Source of the DNA: Epithemia pelagica
Taxonomy: Eukaryota > Protista > Bacillariophyta
Length of the DNA: 64,000 nt
Assembly: GCA_946965045.2 (NCBI GenBank)
Contig: OX337228.1
Location: 3,844,001 to 3,908,000, forward strand
Reading direction: 5' to 3'
Shown: positions 30,775 through 43,051 of the stretch, piece after piece
Numbering within the stretch: the first letter of the stretch is position 1
Layout of the letters: each line of letters begins with the position of its first letter
Notes under the pieces: model-generated
The model's input: only the letters and a program-made list of their open reading frames with translations
Database searches by the model: none
What the model was told of the DNA's origin: nothing
Made by a program: the position numbers and the translations under genes

Positions 30775-33700
30775 GGCTGTGTGCCCAGTGATGAAATTGA
30801 TAAAACGAATCTTATCCGTCCACATTTCTCACTTGTAGGCACCCCTACCTTCAGCTTAGCCTTTGCACACCGTTTATGTGCTGCCGTATCACAGTCCCAT
30901 ACCACTGATCCGATTGATCTGACATGTGAAATGGACTCGCATGCTGACACTTGTTGTGTTGGTCGCAACTTTGTGAAATTCAGGGAACCTGACCGTTACA
31001 TCACTGTTTCCCCATTCTCAGAGGAATATAAACCCCTCGAGCGTATCCCCGTCACCACAACCGCCACTGTCTGGACTGATGCCCACAACAATAGTTATCT
31101 ATTGCTGTTTCACGAGTCGTTATTCTTCGGGGACCGATTGTCCCAATCATTGATTTGTCCCAATCAACTGCGTTCAAACGGCCTCATTGTCCATGATGTG
31201 CCGCGTCAGTTTGACCCTTACAGCACACACAGCATTCGTATTCCCGATGCTGACCTGACCATTCCTCTAGAAATGTCCGGTGTTATCTCTGGCTTCGCGA
31301 CCACGAAGCCAACCCCGGAGGAGCTCGAGTCGCTCCCACGGATAGTCATGACTGCTGATTCGGTGTGGCACCCTCATTCGTCCACCTTTGCTGCCGCGGA
31401 GGAGAAAGCCAATGCATCCAATGCATCTGCTGTCCGCCAAGTTGATCCAAATTCAATTGCCGCATCCTGTGTCCCGCGATTGGTTGCTGCCGTCCGATCA
31501 TACGACGACACCTATGGCTATTGCATGGAACTTGAGAATGACGAGGATGAACTATGCAACCGCTTAGTTGCTGCCGTTCGAGTGTCCCATCCACCAAGTG
31601 CCGAGGACACTGTGGACATTGAGGACCTTGATCCCGACGAATACTTTCTCAAAGCCGTTAAGTCTGCTTCGTCACGACCAACGAAAGCCGTAAAAGTCTT
31701 GCCATCTTCTTCTAAGACTGTACTTGATCCCCAGACCTTGTCTTCTCGATGGAATGTCGGCCTAACTAAGGCCAAGAAGACTTTACAAGTGACAACCCAG
31801 GCTGGGGTCCGAAATGTCCTTGTCCCATCTGAACGCAAGGTTCGAAAGAAAGCTCCATGGCTCAAATTCCCGAATGTCAAGGGACGATGGTTTTGCGACG
31901 AGATGTTCTCCAAGTGCCCATCGCTTGATCTTCACACGGGTGCTTCCGTATTTACTGATGGAAAGGGCTATGATTTTGTCTATCCCTGGAAATCAAAGAA
32001 GCAACACCCTGAAGGTCTGATGTCCCTTATCCAGAATGTCAGAATTCCTCAGACGTTAATTTCTGATGGTGCGCAAGAGCTATTTCATGGACGTTCTCGT
32101 GAGATCTGTAATGAGTACCGTATCAAACAAGAAGTGACCGTCCCATACAGTCAATGGCAGAATGCCGCGGAAGCGAGCATCCGTGAGTTGAAGAAAGGTG
32201 TTATTAGGAAGTTACGTCAAACTGGTGCACCACGACGCACATGGTCCTATGCGCTGAAGTGGGTTGCCTCTGTCCGCCAGTTAACTGCCTCTGATATCCC
32301 TGAACTTAATGGACGAACGCCATTTGAACACGTTCTTGGATCGACACCCGACATCTCTCCCATGGCTTTGTTTGATTTCTATCAACCTGTATACTATTAT
32401 ACGCCGTCGCATGACTTCCCTCATGAGCGTAAATGTATTGGGCGCTGGCTTGGTCTTGCCGATGACTGTATTGATGACATGGCCTTCAACGTCTTGACAG
32501 AGAAAGGTCGAGTTATTGTCCGAAAAGATGTGTGGGCAATCCCTGACGACGATATGAAAAATCCCACAATCCGTCAACAACTGGAAGTCTATGATGGTCT
32601 TATCAAGACTCTCCTCGTGGATACATCGCCGTCCTCCGATGAAGATGCCGCCAACGTTTCCCCTGATCCACCCGATGATTTCTTTGGAGAAGACGAAAGC
32701 GAATCTCTCTTTCCTGCTGCTCTTGACTCCGATACACCTCTCCCTGATGCTGACGATTACACTCCGGAGGAGTTAGACGAATATCTCACAGCCGAAGTCA
32801 TGCTGCCGCATGGCGGGGACCAGGCCAGAGCCAAGATCATAGGCCGCTCCAAAGATGAACATGGCCGACCAATTGGCAAACGTGATCCAAATCCAATCTT
32901 AGACACACGTTTCTATGACGTGCTGTATCCCGATGGATCGACCGAATCTCTTGCTGCCAATCTCATTGCCGAGAACCTTTACTCTCAAGTCGACACTGAG
33001 GGCAACTCCTATGCCATTGTAAAGGATATCATTGGACATCGCAAAACCAAGGACGCTGTCCTCCGAACGGATCCGGACTGGTTGAATGGCCGTAAACGCA
33101 ATACAACCGTTGGTTGGGAACATGAGTGTGAACTCTCCGATGGTTCTACTGTTTGGATCCCTCTCAAAGATCTCAAAAACGATTCGCCTGTACAACTAGC
33201 CGAATATGCTGTTGCGGCGGGGCTTGCCAAAGAACCGGCCTATGCCTGGTGGGTTCCACATACGTTACGCAAACGTGGTGTTATTCTTGCGATCTCGCTA
33301 TTGGAAACGTACCCACAAATATGGTATTGAACTGCCTAAAACCGTTCAAGAAGCTCTTGAGATTGATCGTCGAACGGGGACTGATTTCTGGCGGAAAGCC
33401 ATCGAAAAGGAGATGAAAAATGTTCGCATTGCCTTTGAATTCCGTGATGATGACAAAGTACCAATTGGATACAAACATATCCCATGTCATATGGTCTTTG
33501 ATATCAAGTCTGATCTTCGCCGTAAAGCCCGACTGGTTGCCGGTGGGCATAAGACTGATCCACCGAAGGAATCCACGTACTCCAGTGTTGTATCCCGTGA
33601 TAGCGTACGAATTGCATTCACTATCGCTGCCCTTAATGGCCTGGACGTGTTGGCCGGGGACGTACAAAATGCATACCTCAATGCACCAACAAAAGAGCGA

Positions 33701-35023
33701 ACTTATATTACGGCGGGACTAGAATTTGGTCCCGAAAACGTTGGCCGACCTGCACTGATTGTTCGTGCTCTGTATGGTTTGAAGAGTTCTGCTGCTCGTT
33801 GGCGTGATCACATTGCCGCAACACTTCGTGAAATGAAGTTCAACAGTTGCTTGGCTGACCCTGATGTCTGGCTTCGACCTCAAGTCCGACCATCTGATGG
33901 GTTCCAATACTATGAGTATGTACTTGTCTACATAGACGACATACTCTGTGTCAGTCATGATCCACGATCGATCATGAATGATCTGGAAAAACGGTATACA
34001 ATCAAACCCGAGAGTATTAAAGACCCAGACGAATACTTGGGATCTGAGATTCGACACTATACCATACCAGATACTGACGATCCTGAGAACAAACCCCGAT
34101 GGGCCATGTCCTCCGACAAATATGTTAAACGTGCCATATCTGAAATTGAGACCGAACTGTCTAAAGTTGGCCAAAAGCTACAGACACGAGTCTCGACTCC
34201 GCTTGCCACTGGGTATCGTCCTGAGATCGACTCATCTCCTGAACTGGACCCCCGACGTGCAAATTACTATCAGGGACTAATTGGTATCCTTCGTTGGGTT
34301 GTGGAACTTGGTCGTATCGATATCATTGTTGCCGTATCACAACTGTCCCGATATCTAGCCATGCCACGTGAAGGACACCTCGAACAAGCCTTGCACATTT
34401 TTGCATACCTAAAAGCGCATGGACGTTCCACCCTAGTGTTCGACGACACAACTCCGACCTTCGACGAGGATCGTTTCTTCCAGGCAGACTGGTCTGAATA
34501 CTACCCTGATGCTAGTGACCCTTTGCCGCCCAATATGCCACCACCTCGTGGACGGGCTGTTACCACAACTTGTTTTGTTGATGCCGATCACGCTGGTTGT
34601 CTTGCTACGCGTCGCTCACAAACTGGTATTCTTATGTTCTTACAACGAGCACCTATCTTGTGGTATTCCAAACGACAGAGTACTGTTGAGACATCAACAT
34701 TTGGCTCCGAATTTGTCGCAATGAAGACTGCCATCGAACAGATAGAGGGTTTCCGTTACAAGTTGAGAATGATGGGCATTCCACTTGATGGCGAAACCAA
34801 TGTGTTCTGTGATAATGAATCTGTGTTCAAGAGTGCAACCATGCCTGAAGTCACTCTGAAGAAGAAACACAATGCGATTGCTTACCATTGCACACGTGAG
34901 GCACAAGCCGCCAACATCGTGCGTATCGCCTGGGAAGAAGGTGAAACCAATCTTGCGGACCTGCTGACAAAATCGTTACCAGGACCCCGATTGCGTTTTC
35001 TAGCACAACGTGTTTTGTGGTGA
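30775..35023 (+). pseudogene. pol: Pol of copy 2, broken by a frameshift at about 33290 between integrase and RT
   Basis: CTTGC-GA-TCTCGC versus CTTGC-AAAAGTAAAA-TCTCGC in copy 1 (net -8 nt). Splits pol into ORFs 30781-33330 and 33206-35023. Confidence 0.9.
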
Positions 35024-35177
35024 TTACATGATCGAATTCATTGTCCTCACACCCCTCTTTTATTGTCCGAATAGACACCCCTCTTAATTGAGAAAAAATA
35101 GTCCTGATGGACCGGCCTCTGCTGAAACAAGTCGTGGGCGACCTAGTCGAAATGCTTCCGATCTAGCTCGCGGGGAC

Positions 35178-35351
35178 TGAATAAATCCCGCCAACAGGTC
35201 GCATATTGGCGGATACATGGTCGCATATTGGCGAATATGCATCGCCTACATATGCTGCTACGCATCTAGTTTTCTAGTCATAATTTTGGTCTAGCCACTT
35301 GTTGCACGCCGTATACACCGTGTTGTAGCGTGTAGTGGCAGGATTTATACA
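35178..35351 (+). repeat. 3' LTR of copy 2
   Basis: 174 bp, TG...CA, one substitution versus the copy 1 LTRs. Confidence 0.97.
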
Positions 35352-35894
35352 CCAGGACCATGGACAACGGCTTCACCGGACACCGACGGATGGCGGACGT
35401 TCTTCGTTCTACCTAGCTATGTCTATGTACGAGCATGCTATGAAGTACTCCTAGTTTTTCGTTGCGCCTTTGTATCTTCCTTAGAGCAAAGAATGATGAT
35501 TTCAAAACCATCATACAAACATGAAACCCCTCTCTCTAGATTCTACCTAGATGCAATCGAATGTCTCATTTCCAGTTCACGCAGTCTTCTCTTTTTTGCC
35601 GAGTTGAATTCAACAGAACCAACCTAATTTCCTACATACTACTTATCCAATTGGCCAAAGGAAATGTTGAAAGTGATAGACGACAGAACAGGAATGTCTA
35701 GTCTCCAAACGCACAAGACTGGAAAACAAAGGGAACGCCGAGAATGCAGATACCTTATGCCATGGCCATTCACTATTCCATTTCGTGAAGCGGAGATGTT
35801 CCTCCTTGCCACTCTATTGTACACCAACAAACCAGCATAGTAACCCGTACAAACTCTGCGTTTTGAAACAGCAATAGAATTCTGGGGGTTTTCC

Positions 35895-36512
35895 TCATCC
35901 TCTCATCATCCAAATAATGACGATAAAAGCAAATAACAGCCCGGCCCCTACAGCGTACAGCACCATCTTTTGTTGAATAGCTCTCGCCGTCATGGTGTTG
36001 AGCAAGCGCCGTGCTCTCCCAGTAAGCGAGGAAACCTCCTTCACTCGTCCATGCGCCGACATGAGCGTCTCCCGATTGTTCCCGAGTTCGTCTGTAATTT
36101 CCATGGCCAGCTGTTCAGTCTCTTGTATTGATCGAAGCGAGCGTTCCAATGTGTCGTTTTGATTGCTTATCATATTTTCTGTTTGTTTCATTCGTTCTTG
36201 ATGCGATCGCGAGTCTTCACCAGACGGACGACCGGCCAAGAGTGATTCACGTTCAAACTGTTGCAAGAGTTGTGCATGTTTCGACTTATAATCTTTCACA
36301 CGCTGAAGCAAGGCTGGCTTCTTGAGAGAACGCGCTTCGAGAGACATTTGCTTCAGCAAGTCGCCGCATTGTTGAAGCAGATTCTGCGTGTATGGACTCG
36401 GTGGTTCTTCGTCCAGGGATTTTTGTATTTGATCCGTCATTTCCTTGAATTCCTCATCGTATCGGTCGAACACCAGGAGCTCCTCACTTCTACCACTTTC
36501 CAGATCTGTCAT
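35895..36512 (-). CDS. VTI1: Qb-SNARE, VTI1 family
   Basis: N-terminal Habc-like region, SNARE heptads (LERSLRSIQETEQLAMEITDELGNNRETL), C-terminal TM anchor. Confidence 0.88.
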   Translation of the reverse strand: MTDLESGRSEELLVFDRYDEEFKEMTDQIQKSLDEEPPSPYTQNLLQQCGDLLKQMSLEARSLKKPALLQRVKDYKSKHAQLLQQFERESLLAGRPSGEDSRSHQERMKQTENMISNQNDTLERSLRSIQETEQLAMEITDELGNNRETLMSAHGRVKEVSSLTGRARRLLNTMTARAIQQKMVLYAVGAGLLFAFIVIIWMMRG

Positions 36513-36713
36513 ATTTCAACAGGGAGCTATGTATTATGATTCAAACTCAATCTTCTGCGACGCAGACACACGAATAACACTTGAGCAACAGCAAATGTGA
36601 CAATGACAACTCTAATTGCAAATTGCAACCGCTTGCTTGTCTGCTGTTGTGGTGACTGGTGATTCCCGCAGACAAAGGGAGCTCCAGTTGGCGAGCCCAA
36701 CGGGGTTTGGGGA

Positions 36714-39700
36714 AAAAAAAAAAAAAAAAAAATATATATATATAGAGATCTATTATAACGCTGCCGCACGCCTCACGCAAGAGAACGCCGACCGACGCGC
36801 CCGGCCTAGAGAACTAGGCGAGGACTAAGAGACTAGATAGCTGACGAATCAGCTAGAGCCAGAATGAGGGAAGGACAACAAGAGGGGTTTCCAAGTGTTG
36901 ATCCAGGTTCGGAGTTGAATTGAAGTAGTCTCGAGGCGAAAATGATCATCAGTAGACGGATAGAACATAAATCTATCCGATACTGGAACCGAGGAACGAA
37001 GAGTATAAAGCACGGTGATTTCTCGCTGGGCTTGGTGGAGAGCTGCAGATTCACGAGAGGCAGCATCATGACCGTGTGTGTCGAGATTGCGTCGTAACCA
37101 AAGGTCATGCAAGTGGTTCCACAAAATTTTGATGGTGCCAGAAATAAGGCGACGACCGGAGCATTGTGTAAAGGAAAGATCGTGGAGTGTTGCATAGGAA
37201 TCTTGAATGGATACCCAGTCCTGTACAAAACGTCCAAGAAAGATATGTTCCCAGCCGACAAGGGTTTGGCGAGTGATGAGAGAGAGATAAGCGGATGGTA
37301 CTGAAGGGAATTGCAGAGGGGCGTCAGAAATCCAAAGATGGATAGAATCTTGCAGTATGGTACGGAGGCACGGATCGAAATGATGTTCTGTCCAAAAGGA
37401 CCCAAGTTCATCTATCAGAGGACCGAGCCAATTACGACGGGACGGGCAACGAAGAAAATGATCACGAGTTTCAACTGAAGTGGGGCAGTTTGGACATACG
37501 GACAAGTAATGGGTGGCGTAATGTTGTTTCAGCACTCCAAGAGGTAGCCAGTCGTGTACCAATTTTGTCAAGAAGTGTCGAAAGCGAAAGTTGGCGCGGA
37601 GAACGGAGCCATGAATGTCCCATCTGATAGACGCAAAGGTTTGTGGTGACCACTTGTGTTTATCGCACATATATCGAGTGATGGCGGGTTCGCTTGCCAA
37701 ACGGCGAAGGACACTTCGAAAATTAGACGTGATGGTCCCTTGTGAGCAGTGGAGGTTGACAGTTGTCCCGGCGATCATGGGAGCGATGTTAGGTGAAATG
37801 GAAGAGGGATATTCGTAGGCGCCAGCCAATTGATCTGCCCAAACATTGAGGCGAGCCGGAGGGGATAAGGTTTCCACTGATTGGTACCGATCTTGGTGAC
37901 CTTTGACGTGTTGTATGGACGGTGGAGAATCGTATTGACGGAGATTTGATGCGATTGCTTGTTGGAGATCCCAATCAGAGCACATAGTTGCATATGGATA
38001 GTCGTATGACCAGGCCATCCTTGTAGTGACAGTATCCACTAAGCTTTTCGAATCCGTATAGAAGCATAGGTCGTTGGGTAGAGAAACTCCATAGAAATTG
38101 CAGAGGTGGTGCAGAAACCGTAGCAGACCAAGCAGGGCATAGCTTTCAGCACGAAAAGAGGAAGTTCTGAGACCAGGTGCAGGACCAGAAAAGCAAAACA
38201 CTTCCACTTCATCAAGAGTAGCACATGTACATCCAAAGCTGCCTTTAAACAACGGGGCGGAGCCATCGCCACACAGGGCTAATGGATGGGAGTCCGAGAG
38301 GGTTTGTAGTAAGAAGTCCGTTGAACAGAGAATTTGGAATCGGCCAAGCATATCCAACTCCCAAGATGGAAGGGCAGCGATGTGTTGGGAAAACGAAGAG
38401 ATCAGTGGGGGTTGAGGAGAAACCAAGCGAGACTTCCGAGCAAGGAGAACGCGTCTATCACCAGGATATACTGTGCTTGAGACAGGGACGGAGTCGGAAG
38501 GAACAAGGATAGTATCTTGATCCGTCTTGGAAAACCAACCAAAGGGGGAGGCTTTGTAGATTCGGTAGTTGCGCGTTTCAAGAACGAAAAGCCGTGCTGA
38601 TCTCTCGCACAAGTATTCGTGCCATTTTCGGTTGGTTGTACCGCCGGTAGCGAGCCATTCACCAAGGGGTTGTTCAAGCTTCCGTTTCTTGATGTTGAAA
38701 GATACTAAGAGAGTTGATAAGAAGCGGCGCCAGATCGTCCAAGCTCCTTTTCCTGGTTTTGCTTGATACGCAAGTAACCCGCGTGGTGATGACAATTGAG
38801 ACGGACTACCGTAAACGACAGAGAGTGGGATCATTGTGCCATCGCATGTGGAGATATCACTGACGAAGGTGACACCCAAGTATAGTCGACAAGCGTTTAC
38901 AAGAATCAGTTCCGACGCTGACGACGTAAATTGTAAGGCATGATCCATTAGGAATGAATCATGTGTCCTCTGAAGTTTTGGGACAAAAGTACTAGCCACT
39001 TCTAGTCGGCAGTCCACTGATCCAAGGAAATCTCGTAGGCTAGGCAACCATTGCATGGGAATAAGATGGGGCAAGGGTGTTGTGGTGTTTTCCAAAATGG
39101 GAAAGCTCGTGCCGGCCAGAAACTGGCCCCAGGAAATCATGATAAGAGCAAGGTCACAAGGAAGACCTTCGGACCGTAGGCATGCCATTAAGGCGTATAC
39201 TTGTGCTATTCCACGTTCGGTGTAAAGTGATCGGAGGCCAACGCCACCAAAATCTTGTGAGCCATAAACAATCGCGTTGGGAGTACACTTGTTATACCCG
39301 CACTTCGGCAATAGTACATGTTTAAATTGTCTTTGTAACTTGGTGCAGTGTTCTTCTGATAAACTGGAGGATGGAAATGGGTATGTGATGCTGGGAAGAT
39401 ACACGGCATGATAGTATGCCCATGCATCGGTGCGAGAAAATGGACTGCAAGCCATTGTGGTAGTATGGGCAGCGTTCTTGACCTTTAGTGCGTTGAAGAG
39501 ACTAGTGTCAGTGGACGAGGGTGCTTTTTGCACTCCGAGAGTTTTGTGACTTGCGTAGGCTGAAATCTGTTTCAAATCTTTTGGGTCCGTATCTCTTGTA
39601 AATTGAATTTGGATTCGCGGACCAAACTCTCCATGTTGCATCATCGGTACGCCATCCACGGTAAAAGTGTAGAAGACAAAATGATACGAGCACTTGGTGG

Positions 39701-40053
39701 TTTGTAGGGCTCCACCCGAAACACTAAGGACATCATTCCAGCGTTGAGCGTCATGAGTTGCTAATTGTATGTAGTGAGCCGGATCTGCACTTTGTGGTAG
39801 GTCGAAATCGTTTGTCGATCCGCTCGTGTCATCAACAAAGCCAATCATGAATACTCTTGCTTGCACTGTCCCGTCAGGAGATTTAAAAGTAGCTCCGTGT
39901 GCCCGTTCTTCGTAGGCGTCGAATAGAACACAACTTATTACACACCATATTGCTGGTGAGTTACCAGCACCCTGCCCAGAACCATAGATTGGGAAAATTT
40001 TGCAGTGTTTGTATGACCGTTCAGAGATGCCTAGTTGTGTCTTCAGGTAGTAT
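36714..40053 (-). mobile_element. 5'-truncated non-LTR retrotransposon with RT C-half, RNase H and CCHC finger (Ambal-like, clade tentative)
   Basis: Uninterrupted ORF ending at 36849. RT GSGQGAGNSP and FVDD. RNase H CGDGS, RAESYA, YTDSKS, HVKGHQD, NVWAD. CPNC...ETRDHFLRC finger. Candidate 8-bp TSD TTTGGGGA at 36706-36713 and 40054-40061. Confidence 0.9.
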
Positions 40054-40285
40054 TTTGGGGAGCGAAATTTCGAAGTGGTCGCTCTTAGATCACCTATTAA
40101 TAGCGTTTCAAAGCACCAACGAAAAGCGAGAACAAAAACCTTGCAAGACATATGGGGTAGCTACCAAAAGAGACAAGATTCCACTCCTACTATGCGGCAA
40201 ACACACAGGAAGAATCATATTCTCACAAAAATAAAATACAAACTAACAAAACCAAACCAAATTGATAAACATCAACCTTGCAGGG

Positions 40286-41674
40286 ATGGATGCGAACACA
40301 ACACGATATGTTATGCTGGCCGGTTCTTTCACAGGTCACAATGCTCCTCTGTTTCGCTTGACGGAGTTATTGTCACGTAAGAAGGACACCGATGGCCATG
40401 AATTGATGGTATCAGTGTTTGGCCCCACTTCTTTTGAAGACGAATTATGGCCGCGATTGACACTAGACCAACGAAAACGCGTCAAGTTTTACAATTACCT
40501 CGTAGCAGAGACTGATTCCACTGCTTCCCCTTCCTTTACCACAATGGAAGAGGCCACACTGGCATTCTGCCGTGACACGTTGAAGTGCACTCCCTGTGAG
40601 AAACTTCATCAAGGATCTCTCTTGAATTCCTCGGTTGTCTTTGCCACTTATCTACTTTGTCAAACGCCCCTCTTGAGACGGATCACAGCTCTCCAACCAC
40701 AAGCCATTATCGGAGATGCCGGCTATCCTTGGGGCTATCTAACTTCCCGTATTCTTGGTCTGCCCTACATATCTTCATGTTCTAGTGCCTTGGAAACCCC
40801 TGATCAAGCTTTGTTCTACTTGCGCGACGTTGATTACATCCAAGCGAGTGTGGTCCTTCTCCAAAGGACCTTCGACATTACATACGACCCGGCAAGTTGC
40901 TACCAAAACTATTCCGATGACTGCACCATTGTCTGGACTATTCCGGAGTTGGATCCAAAAAAAGAACAAATTCGAAAGGTACAATACTTCGGTGGGACCT
41001 CGACCAACAATTCGCCGACATCCGTGACGGACGAACTTGTGCGTGAAGCTCAACGTTTCGAGGGAAAGACGGTGTTGGTTTCCATGGGAACAGTGGTGGG
41101 AGAAGTATTCCCCATGGATCTCAACACTTTGTTTTCAACAATCTCAAACACCATTGGAGGACGGGATGATGTGCTTGTGATCTTGTCGCTTGGGGTAGCC
41201 TATGACGAATTTGTTGAGAACATGCCTATTCCAAAAAATGTTCTTGCTCGTCGTCGTGTGAACCAGCGTCAACTGCTCGGTTCAGGTGCTGTGGATTTGT
41301 TTATCACACACGGTGGAAACAACAGCGTGCATGAGGGCCTCTTTGGCGGTGTTCCCCTGTTGGTCTTGCCCGTGTTTGGCGATCAACATCACAATGCATC
41401 CATGGTCTTGTCGCAGTCTTTGGGCTCGGCCATTTTATCTCCCTTTGCACCAGGACCGTCCAAGAATCTGGACCATGTTACCGCATCTGCAATTCAGATA
41501 CACACGGACCAACTGTTGTTTCCATCGACCCACAATGAGCTCGTTCGAGCTAATTGCCGTCGGGTGCAGCACCAAATGGTTCAGCAGAGTCATTGGGTTG
41601 ATGAGTACGGAGCATCCGTGATCAATGACGTTTGTCGTACTGCAAGTGCAAGGCATGAACAAATACGTGGATAA
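40286..41674 (+). CDS. UDP-glycosyltransferase, GT1 family
   Basis: N-terminal GH catalytic His, LVSMGT, and PSPG-like box FITHGGNNSVHEGLFGGVPLLVLPVFGDQHHNA. No intron. Confidence 0.88.
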   Translation: MDANTTRYVMLAGSFTGHNAPLFRLTELLSRKKDTDGHELMVSVFGPTSFEDELWPRLTLDQRKRVKFYNYLVAETDSTASPSFTTMEEATLAFCRDTLKCTPCEKLHQGSLLNSSVVFATYLLCQTPLLRRITALQPQAIIGDAGYPWGYLTSRILGLPYISSCSSALETPDQALFYLRDVDYIQASVVLLQRTFDITYDPASCYQNYSDDCTIVWTIPELDPKKEQIRKVQYFGGTSTNNSPTSVTDELVREAQRFEGKTVLVSMGTVVGEVFPMDLNTLFSTISNTIGGRDDVLVILSLGVAYDEFVENMPIPKNVLARRRVNQRQLLGSGAVDLFITHGGNNSVHEGLFGGVPLLVLPVFGDQHHNASMVLSQSLGSAILSPFAPGPSKNLDHVTASAIQIHTDQLLFPSTHNELVRANCRRVQHQMVQQSHWVDEYGASVINDVCRTASARHEQIRG

Positions 41675-42863
41675 ATAGTCGGTCATCGAATGAAAAGCCC
41701 ATACTTTTCTGAACAAGTTGATCTAATCGTGGTAAATGGAACTTTGTGTCCAAGAAACAGCATGATAGACCACTTTGATACTCGAAGCTAAACAATAGAT
41801 CTGGCAATGAATTCAAACTGCATAAAGCAAATGGCAACCCACGTACTGCCATATTCATTGATCATATCTCCCAAAGAGGTGCGTAGATCAATCAATCTTC
41901 TATTGTCATCGTGTCGAACACACGCATCAAGGCTCACACCACCATGGCTCCATTGCTCCTGGGTCAACGTCAACGTCACAAAGTGGTATGGTACACGGTC
42001 TGTTCCCGATTGTCGACTTGTGAGGCTATCAGCAACTACGTCATCGTCGACGTAGAAAAGATTCAAGGGCCAAGAATTCGTTGTTAGGACAGCAGTAATA
42101 TGAATGAGCCAATTCGCTGCTTGTGTATTCCATAGCCAGCTCTACTAATCTCTCTAGCTAGCTCGCTACTAGCTAGCTAGAGATTACTGTAGAGAGAGAG
42201 CATTAGAGTTGGAGATGGAGAGGTATGTGGATCTTTACTATAGCTCTACTCCTACAAGCTAATACTTAGTAGAGCAGAGAGAGTAAAGAGTAAGAGTAGC
42301 CTTACAATTTACAATACGAGTAGGTCCGCCTGTTCGGGGTCATCACGACGAGCTTCACCCAATACGCGTCCACATGAGCGACGCGCCTCCATTAATTTCA
42401 GACTGGGATTAACCAAAGTAAGAGACCAAGGCAACCAATCACATTTCGTTCTTTTTCTCCGAATATCTAAGCGATTTGATTGGTCGTCTAGAATCAAATA
42501 CCGAGATCAAAAATCAACCACAGCTTCGTAGATTGATGAGATGAGATGAGATGAACAAAACAACGAATCACATATCACAAATCACAAAGCGTTTGTCATC
42601 AATTCCCGCGGCGCTTCCTTCGTACATCGTAGTAGAGATCCTACATGGCTCTTCTCGTTTGAATCGATCTAGAGGCGGAAAACTCAGATCATCAACTTGC
42701 AACGTTGCCAGTTTCAGCTCATTTTCTCACAGATCACATTCTCCACGCAAGTCTTTTCTTTCATTTACGCGTGGGTCTGAGTTAACTGCTTCCAATAAAG
42801 GTGAGCATTTCATTTCTCTGTAGAGAAGTCGGATGGATGGAAGGATGGCGCCTTCCTTAAAGG

Positions 42864-43051
42864 CACCTTGTCGTTCACCTTGTCGTTCACCTTGTCGTTC
42901 ACCTGTGAATCCGGCGAGCGTTGAGCTAGCCTTTCCCGATGTCCAGAAGAATCAGTACGACCTCTCTGCAGGCCTTTTCATGAGGGACCATGGAAGGTAC
43001 CAATGAGAGTGTCCGTTCCAACATGGTACCAATGAGAGTGTCCGTTCCAAC
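42864..43051. repeat. Short tandem/direct repeats in an intergenic region
   Basis: CACCTTGTCGTT x3.4 (42864-42904). 27-nt GGTACCAATGAGAGTGTCCGTTCCAAC x2 (42996-43022, 43025-43051). Confidence 0.9.

Larger units (their letters stand above)
28290..35351 (+). mobile_element. Ty1/copia LTR retrotransposon (CoDi-like), copy 2, full length, pol frameshifted
   Basis: Colinear with copy 1. LTRs differ from each other at 2 of 174 positions. Flanked by direct repeat CCAG (28286-28289 and 35352-35355). Confidence 0.97.

Noticed and set aside
28290-35351. Second element as an assembly duplication of the first
   Set aside because: Different flanks, its own TSD, and private SNPs and indels.
41788-42140. 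Small minus-strand ORF with a VLTTNSWP cullin-like word
   Set aside because: No ATG, bounded by stops, and no further similarity; probably chance.
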